A stretch of 64,000 nt of DNA from a virus, in IMG/VR virus record IMGVR_UViG_3300044624_001039, positions 5,475 to 69,474 of that record; one strand, given 5' to 3'. This document shows, piece after piece, positions 57,798-64,000 of this stretch (its first letter is position 1; each line of letters begins with the position of its first letter). Made by a program: the position numbers and the translations under genes. The notes beneath the pieces were generated by a model. That model had not been told where the DNA came from, made no database searches, and saw only the letters and a program-made list of their open reading frames with translations.

Positions 57798-58718
57798 TTA
57801 TGATGTTGAATAACCTGCAGCCGCAAGTTGAAATCTACCAGTACCTACACCTGTAGTATCAGTAGCAACTACACCTGTATTACTTACTAAATTAGTCATT
57901 GATAAGCCATTAACTCCATTAATAGATCCATATCCAAATATAGCCTTATCCCTACCATACCCAGTGGCTGCTAATCGGTTTCTTGCTGTACCTACACCGG
58001 TAACATCATTACTAACAACGCCTGTATTTGATACTAGATTGGTTATTGATGTGGGTCCGTCTCCATACCCAAATATAGCTTTATCAGTTCCATAACCTGC
58101 AGCCGCTAATGCCACTCTATCAGTACCGACACCTGCAGTATCTGTGGCTACTACACCTGTGTTTGATACTAGATTGGTTACCCTAGTAGTTCCGTATCCA
58201 AATATAGCTTTATCACCGCCATAACCTGCGGCTGCAAGCCACCATCTTGCTGTACCCACCCCGGCAACATCATTACTAACAACACCAGTGTTTGATACTA
58301 GGTTAGTCATTGATTTAATGCCTGTGCCGCTGGTGCCATACCCGAATATAGCTTTATCATAGCCATATCCCGCGGCAGCAAGATAACTTCTAGCAGTGCC
58401 CACACCTGTAGTATCATTACTAACAACACCAGTGTTTGATACTAAGTTAGTCATAGATAAATATGTAAGAGCTTGATTGTATCCAAAACCAAATATGGCT
58501 TTATCAGTTCCGTAACTTGCGGCTGCAAGGCCCTCTCTAGCAGTACCAACACCACTCGTATTTGTAGCAACAACACCAGTGTCTGATACTAAGTTGGTTA
58601 TTGCTGTAAATGTAGTAATAGCAGTGGCACCATATCCAAAGATTGCTTTTGTTGTTCCCGGTGGGGGAGGTGGACTATAAGTAAATCCACCACTTAAAAC
58701 CATTCCACTAAATTGCAT
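57798..58718 (-). CDS. Six-bladed repeat protein, family B
   Basis: Six KAIFGYG-x-TNLVSNTGVV..D..GVGTAR..LAAAGYG repeats; PPPPP linker. Confidence 0.75.
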   Translation of the reverse strand: MQFSGMVLSGGFTYSPPPPPGTTKAIFGYGATAITTFTAITNLVSDTGVVATNTSGVGTAREGLAAASYGTDKAIFGFGYNQALTYLSMTNLVSNTGVVSNDTTGVGTARSYLAAAGYGYDKAIFGYGTSGTGIKSMTNLVSNTGVVSNDVAGVGTARWWLAAAGYGGDKAIFGYGTTRVTNLVSNTGVVATDTAGVGTDRVALAAAGYGTDKAIFGYGDGPTSITNLVSNTGVVSNDVTGVGTARNRLAATGYGRDKAIFGYGSINGVNGLSMTNLVSNTGVVATDTTGVGTGRFQLAAAGYSTS

Positions 58719-58742
58719 AATATTTTTCCTTATTCTATATTT

Positions 58743-59690
58743 TTAAGTAAATGAATAACCTGCGGCTGCTAAGCCTAATCTTGCAGTACCTACACCTGTC
58801 GTATCAGTAGCAACAACACCGGTGTTTGATACTAGATTGGTCATTGACACCTTTACAGAAGTAGTACCATATCCAAAAATAGCTTTATCAGTGCCATATC
58901 CTGCAGCCGCAAGACTATCTCTAGCAGTACCAACACCAGTTGTATTATTGGCTACAACTCCGGTGTTTGATACTAGGTTGGTTATTGCTGTTACTGATCC
59001 ACTATTTCCATATCCAAATATAGCTTTATCTGTACCATAACCTGCGGCTGCTAATCCAGTTCTAGCAGTACCTACACCTGTCGTATCAGTAGCGACCACA
59101 CCTGTATCTGATACTTTGTTAGTTACTGATACCACCTGACTTGAAAAAGTAATTCCATAACCAAATATTGCTTTATCAGTACCATACCCTGCGGCTGCTA
59201 GAAAATATCTTTCAGTACCGACGCCTGTAGTATCTGTAGCAACAACCCCTGTGTTTGATACTTTGTTAGTAATTGATTGCGTAATACCTGTGTCAGTACG
59301 AACTCCATATCCAAAAATAGCTTTATCAGTTCCGTAACCCGCGGCTGCTAATGAATTTCTAGCAGTACCAACACCAGTAGTATCAGTAGCAACTACACCG
59401 GTGTTACTTACTAAGTTGGTCATTGATTGTGATCCTGCTCCTGTATCATTGCGACCATATCCAAATATAGCCTTGTCCCCGCCATAATTTGCGGCTGCAA
59501 GATAATATCTAGCAGTACCTACTCCTGTAGTATCAGTAGCAACAACTCCTGTATTTGATACTAAGTTGGTTACTGCTGTAATTCCTGACGCAACACCATA
59601 ACCAAAAATAGCCTTTTGCGTTGGTCCGCTAAGAGGGGGTGGTGAACTATAAGTAAATCCACCACTTAAAACCATTCCACTAAATTGCAT
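58743..59690 (-). CDS. Six-bladed repeat protein, family B
   Basis: Six repeats; same MQFSGMVLSGGFTYS leader. Confidence 0.75.
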   Translation of the reverse strand: MQFSGMVLSGGFTYSSPPPLSGPTQKAIFGYGVASGITAVTNLVSNTGVVATDTTGVGTARYYLAAANYGGDKAIFGYGRNDTGAGSQSMTNLVSNTGVVATDTTGVGTARNSLAAAGYGTDKAIFGYGVRTDTGITQSITNKVSNTGVVATDTTGVGTERYFLAAAGYGTDKAIFGYGITFSSQVVSVTNKVSDTGVVATDTTGVGTARTGLAAAGYGTDKAIFGYGNSGSVTAITNLVSNTGVVANNTTGVGTARDSLAAAGYGTDKAIFGYGTTSVKVSMTNLVSNTGVVATDTTGVGTARLGLAAAGYSFT

Positions 59691-59729
59691 AATATTTCCT
59701 TATATGTTTTTCATGTGCATCTATTGCTC

Positions 59730-60170
59730 TCACTCACGTTCTCTTTTTAATGTAGAACGGATAAACCAAGCTTTCTTACCATATAGGTCTTGTAATTCAG
59801 CCATATAGTTTTCTATACCATGTTGGTTTTCATTTGCCGCTTCAGCAAACATAGCAACAACTAATTCAATCATCTTTTCACAATCTTGTAATGATTCAGC
59901 AAACATTAACTCAGCACGTGGGATTTTAGTTTGGTCTTGAATAATACTTAGTTCACCATATCGTGACAAACTGCCAGGAGTATAATGTCCTAAGATTCTG
60001 ATATATTCAGCGATCGGGTCAATAGTGGCACTTACATCACCGTACAATGTATCAAAGAATTCGTGATATTGCGGAAAATTACTTCCCTCCACATTCCAGT
60101 GAAAGTTTTGACTTTTGATAGCAAACGCTTGTGTGCTTGCTAATAATACTTTTAAGTTATCTGATAACAT
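59730..60170 (-). CDS. dps: Dps/ferritin-like DNA-protection protein
   Basis: FHWNVEGSNFPQYHEFFD.LY, D.IAEYIR.LG, K.AWFIRS. Confidence 0.9.
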   Translation of the reverse strand: MLSDNLKVLLASTQAFAIKSQNFHWNVEGSNFPQYHEFFDTLYGDVSATIDPIAEYIRILGHYTPGSLSRYGELSIIQDQTKIPRAELMFAESLQDCEKMIELVVAMFAEAANENQHGIENYMAELQDLYGKKAWFIRSTLKRERE

Positions 60171-60213
60171 TATCTTGGGTATCCTTTTCTATTCCAATAA
60201 AATTCATAATCTG

Positions 60214-62967
60214 TCATTTCTTTTTTCCCTGACAATGTGCTTTTTGACTAAAGCCTTTAGGATTGCTACAGTTGATACTATCTTTGTATTTCTGTGACCA
60301 CTTTTCTTCTAGTTGATCTTCATTTGCTTTTTTCTTAGTATTAACATTGATAGCTTTGCCACTACGCTCTGGATTAGGATCTTCTCTGCGCTTTCTTGAG
60401 GCAGCACTTGCACGACCCTTCTTACCTAAACTGTGTGCTTTACTTTGTGGCAAACACTTTGGCTTGCCTTCACTATCATCACCTCTAGCACAGTCACCAC
60501 GAATCTTACCATCTGGACCAAAACGAACCCACTTCTCTTTGAACCATTTATTTAAGTTCTCGTCTACTTGTTCAATACCTTCTAGTATAGAGCTTTCATT
60601 CTTCTTGCCACCATTGCCCCAGCTATCTGCGCCTTTCTTGCGGCACTTAACTAATGCACCACTAGCATAAGCACTTGGCCATACTTTATAACGGCTCTTA
60701 ACTTTATAGTAGCAAGCGTCTTTCTTCTCGTTCATCAATTCTTCACTGACCATCTCGCCACCGCAATGTGGGCAACTATGTTGTTCTTCCGATATATCTT
60801 CTTCATTTGTTTTATTTTTTTCACAACTACCTGGAAAGCCTGCTTTTGTGCCGGCAACTCTATGATAGCCGGACCAACATTTTAACTCATCTAATTGTTC
60901 TTCTTCTTTTAACCCTGACTTTTTACGTATATACAATCTATTTTGTAACATTGCAATAGTGTTGTCTAATTTTTTATTTAGTGATTCATAATTATCTTTT
61001 GCACCATATCTAACATGCATTCTTGTATCAGTATCATTTTGCATTGCAGGAGTCATTAAACCCTTACGTTCTAATCTATCAACTAGCTTATCTAATAATG
61101 CTTGTTTCTCTATAGCACTATTCAATTGAGCTAGTCTGGCTTTTAATACTGAATGTTTCTCACCGGGTTGCGCTACAGGTGTTGGTTGAAATTCTCTACG
61201 TAAACCTTGTTGCGCTTTTTGTACTGTATTCTTTTCAAAATCTCTTTTCCAAGCTTCTATCTCAGCTTCACGCTGTTGCTCTATGGCTAATTTAGCTTTT
61301 ACTAATGCATCCAATGATGTAGCTTTAAGTTGATCTCCTAAATTCTCATCCAGGTTACTAGACAAACTATTCCACATGTCTTGTGTACCGCCCCAAACAT
61401 TATGTTTTGATGAATATTTAAAATTCAATGATTTAAGTTCGTTCTCTGTATGACTGCCACCTATTTGATTAGGTCTTTTCCAAACAAACTTAGTACTGCC
61501 TGGATTCATTTTTTGTGCAGTTTGTTTACGTATATTATTAGCTTGACCGGATGTAGGTCTGAATTCTTCATTTGTTGCCATTTCGCCATCATCACTATGA
61601 CCGTAATATGCGGCTACTTTTTGTAAATCTGCAGAATTTCTAGCGTTAAGATAATCAGTTACTAAATCATGTATCTGATTTCTTTGTTCACGTGGTGGGG
61701 GTAATTCTATTTCACCTTCACTAGCATCAGCAATATGAGCGGCACCAGGACTATCTAAGAACCATATCTCATCATCCTCATCCCATTCTAATCCCCATTT
61801 GTCTATTGTTGCAGTTAATACATAGTTGTTAGTAGTACCTACTACAAACTTATTACCACCTATATAACGTGAGCTATTTGGTTGACCGTAATCTTTAGGT
61901 CCTTTAGGGCCATTAGGAACTACAGCAAATTCGTTTATACCTTGACTGATACCAGATTTCTTTGTATCATTAGCAAATTGTTTCTTAGTTGCTTTAACAA
62001 TACCACTGAAACGTTTATCTCCACGCTTGTAATCACCTTCACTATCAGCTTTACTAGCATCGGCTGCTGCCGCTGTTTTGTATTGTGATAATTTCTCATT
62101 AGAGATTTCATCTAGTTGTGATTCTGGTATTAATCCATATTTTTTAACACGTGCATCTAAGTCAGCACGTTCTTTGGATAATTTATGTACAAGTTCGGTA
62201 TCACCAAACTTAATTGCTTGTCTAAGCTTTTCCTGAAGAGCATCGGCTAAATCATAATACTGATCCATTTTCATTCTAGTATTATTATCATCTTCTTCTA
62301 TGGTTGTACCACGACCCAATTGTTGTAAATCACTTGTTAATACATCTTGTGTAACACTACCGATACCTTTAGAAATTGTAATACGAGACTGTTTACGATC
62401 CTTACTCATAGCAACTACTTTTGCAGGTTGTCCTAGATACTTAACAGTATCACCTGTCTGTATGTTCTTAATAGAGACACCGCCAAGTTTAACTGGCTTA
62501 TCACCTGCAAAGTTACCTTGATCTCCCCATGGATCATCTATGCCTTCTGCTACACCTTTACTCAATACTTGTTGTACTAATAATTCAGGTGCAAAATTCA
62601 TGTCACCTGCTAACTCTCTCGCTGCCGCTAATATTGATTGGCGTGTTGGTTGTAATCTTTTTTCTTCAATGTCACGGCGTAATTTCATTATAAGAGATTG
62701 TGCATCATAACCTAAATCTCTGACACCTTCATTTGTACCAGTTGCTAATCTATCATGGTCAGCATCACGTTTTTGTTTTTGGCTTAGTTGATACATTTTC
62801 CTAGAATACTCAACATCATCGTCAAATGTATCATCTTCTTGTGAAGGATAACTAGAACGTGATTTGTTAAATCTTGGTGGATCCTCAGCTCCATATTCTC
62901 TAGCTGGATCACTATGTCCATATACTGAATTGGATTCTTTTAATATACCTTTAAGGATATTGCTCAT
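60214..62967 (-). CDS. Large modular putative internal head (poly)protein
   Basis: Short modules separated by LDE/NE/EE junctions; C-terminal basic Cys modules (DACYYKVKSRYKVWPSAYAS; KWFKEKWV; INCSNPKGFSQKAHC). Confidence 0.6.
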   Translation of the reverse strand: MSNILKGILKESNSVYGHSDPAREYGAEDPPRFNKSRSSYPSQEDDTFDDDVEYSRKMYQLSQKQKRDADHDRLATGTNEGVRDLGYDAQSLIMKLRRDIEEKRLQPTRQSILAAARELAGDMNFAPELLVQQVLSKGVAEGIDDPWGDQGNFAGDKPVKLGGVSIKNIQTGDTVKYLGQPAKVVAMSKDRKQSRITISKGIGSVTQDVLTSDLQQLGRGTTIEEDDNNTRMKMDQYYDLADALQEKLRQAIKFGDTELVHKLSKERADLDARVKKYGLIPESQLDEISNEKLSQYKTAAAADASKADSEGDYKRGDKRFSGIVKATKKQFANDTKKSGISQGINEFAVVPNGPKGPKDYGQPNSSRYIGGNKFVVGTTNNYVLTATIDKWGLEWDEDDEIWFLDSPGAAHIADASEGEIELPPPREQRNQIHDLVTDYLNARNSADLQKVAAYYGHSDDGEMATNEEFRPTSGQANNIRKQTAQKMNPGSTKFVWKRPNQIGGSHTENELKSLNFKYSSKHNVWGGTQDMWNSLSSNLDENLGDQLKATSLDALVKAKLAIEQQREAEIEAWKRDFEKNTVQKAQQGLRREFQPTPVAQPGEKHSVLKARLAQLNSAIEKQALLDKLVDRLERKGLMTPAMQNDTDTRMHVRYGAKDNYESLNKKLDNTIAMLQNRLYIRKKSGLKEEEQLDELKCWSGYHRVAGTKAGFPGSCEKNKTNEEDISEEQHSCPHCGGEMVSEELMNEKKDACYYKVKSRYKVWPSAYASGALVKCRKKGADSWGNGGKKNESSILEGIEQVDENLNKWFKEKWVRFGPDGKIRGDCARGDDSEGKPKCLPQSKAHSLGKKGRASAASRKRREDPNPERSGKAINVNTKKKANEDQLEEKWSQKYKDSINCSNPKGFSQKAHCQGKKK

Positions 62968-62968
62968 A

Positions 62969-63796
62969 TTATGCTTTCTTATTCTTGTTATCTAACATGC
63001 CACGTTTGTTAGCAGTAGCCCAAGCAATGTTCTCTGCTTCGTCTTTACTTTTGCCTAATTTTTTTTCAGATTTAGCAATATGCTTAACCATTCTATCTAC
63101 TTTGGCACCTTCATACATGTCATTGTTACCACTTGTAACATAATATTCAATTTGTTTAATCACTTTACCTATATTATCAGAGTTGATATGTCTAACATTA
63201 CTTGCAATTCTATCAATTGCATCACCTACACGATCGGCACCATGTTTTAATAAATCAGGACGATTTTTCATAATATAATTTACGAGTGCATTTGCTACTG
63301 GATTATTTTCTATACTTTCATCAACACCTTGAACTTGTTTACCTTCTAAGTATTCACGTATAGTGTTTAGATAGTCATTAGCTTTAATAATCTTTTCTTG
63401 TACCCAACCTTCAAGACCTTCTTCTTCACTAAGGTCTTTGATCATTAAATAAACTTGTTGAGCATTCTTTGCGGCGCTGAATAAATCACTGCGAGCCATC
63501 TCTACTTCATGGTCTAAACGACTTTGTCCATGTTGAACAAATCCTGTCTTTGATTTGCGGCCTTGACCGGGAACAACAATTAAATCTTGTTCACTTAAAT
63601 CTTGTTCACTAATTTCAGTACTTTCATTGATGCTATTGGCATATGGAGCACTAGTTTTTTTACCTTTGAATAAAGATCCTACTTTTTTACCACCATATAT
63701 GCTAGGATTGCCTCTACTTTGAGTGCCATCTAAGGGTGAATTTACAGTAGCCATTGAGCCTGATGTTGTAGTTTCAGTGATTTGTTTGATTTTCAT
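62969..63796 (-). CDS. Modular putative internal head protein
   Basis: Likely start MKIKQITE after ATAAATA (63820-63826); DHEVEMARSDL...LEGWVQEKI; IAWATANK. Confidence 0.6.
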   Translation of the reverse strand: MKIKQITETTTSGSMATVNSPLDGTQSRGNPSIYGGKKVGSLFKGKKTSAPYANSINESTEISEQDLSEQDLIVVPGQGRKSKTGFVQHGQSRLDHEVEMARSDLFSAAKNAQQVYLMIKDLSEEEGLEGWVQEKIIKANDYLNTIREYLEGKQVQGVDESIENNPVANALVNYIMKNRPDLLKHGADRVGDAIDRIASNVRHINSDNIGKVIKQIEYYVTSGNNDMYEGAKVDRMVKHIAKSEKKLGKSKDEAENIAWATANKRGMLDNKNKKA

Positions 63797-63851
63797 AACG
63801 GATTTCCATACTAATAGTGTATTTATCAAAATACCATAATATGGAAACTTA

Positions 63852-64000
63852 TTAGATTTTGCCTGAGGGCTTTGCTGTTGGTGGGATACCTGCTCTACTA
63901 GTATTCCAATAGAAAGCTTTTGCGTTCTTTTTGATACTATTAGGCTTAACATCTACTGTTAATGCTGTACTAAAACGAGGGTCATTCTTTTCTTTTTTGC
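63852..64000 (-). CDS. 3' end of a gene entering from the right edge
   Basis: ...KNDPRFSTALTVDVKPNSIKKNAKAF...KI-stop. Confidence 0.5.
   Translation of the reverse strand, partial: KKEKNDPRFSTALTVDVKPNSIKKNAKAFYWNTSRAGIPPTAKPSGKI

Noticed and set aside
44359-59690. CRISPR array suggested by regularly spaced DNA repeats with variable spacers
   Set aside because: The repeats are in-frame coding blades with synonymous variation and a ~135-165 nt period inside intact ORFs; there are no cas genes.
44359-59690. Diversity-generating retroelement acting on the propeller genes
   Set aside because: No reverse transcriptase in the window and no non-coding template repeat; the variation includes indels and is not adenine-specific.
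399-62521. Numerous plus-strand and alternate-frame ORFs in the track (e.g. 399-581, 2862-3134, 47508-47921, 51245-51571, 60347-60670)
   Set aside because: They are antisense or frame shadows of well-supported genes, with no RBS or recognisable motifs.
1-64000. Bacterial chromosome origin or alternative genetic code
   Set aside because: Host-like genes sit among T4-like polB, clamp, RNase H, late promoters and dense small ORFs; known genes translate full length in the standard code.

Overview
This window is a gene-dense, AT-rich segment of a large T4-like (jumbo myovirus-type) bacteriophage, mostly encoded on the minus strand. The host is probably a freshwater betaproteobacterium, inferred from the Burkholderiales-like DnaK, AGGAG RBSs and a phasin-like gene. 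From left to right: (1) dnaK (truncated by the window edge), rpsU and clpX, then lipoproteins; (2) a variable early region with DNA ligase and small ORFs behind near-identical sigma70 promoter/RBS cassettes; (3) RNase H, a GIY-YIG/ParB-like module and uvsE; (4) a plus-strand island of probable capsid-internal proteins; (5) a ~16 kb 7-deazaguanine DNA-modification cluster (folE, queD, queE, dpdL-like, dpdA/TGT, no queC in the window) interleaved with two glycosyltransferases, an NDP-sugar epimerase, aldolase, cytidylyltransferase, an APS-kinase fusion and a DfrB-type DHFR, next to the sliding clamp and DNA polymerase B; (6) a minimal TilS; (7) seven six-bladed Kelch-like propeller genes with hypervariable loops and shared leader/poly-Pro linkers, interleaved with 2OG-Fe(II) oxygenases, glycosyltransferases and a sulfotransferase; (8) a GC-rich pseudoknotted ncRNA candidate, a nuclease, a GH19 lysozyme with an internal Tat-like motif, Dps and modular head polyproteins. 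The best candidates for undescribed biology are a sugar-extended deazaguanine modification, a propeller-display plus post-translational-modification system, the ncRNA, and protease-unmasked injected effectors. All family calls come from motif recognition by eye; no searches were run.
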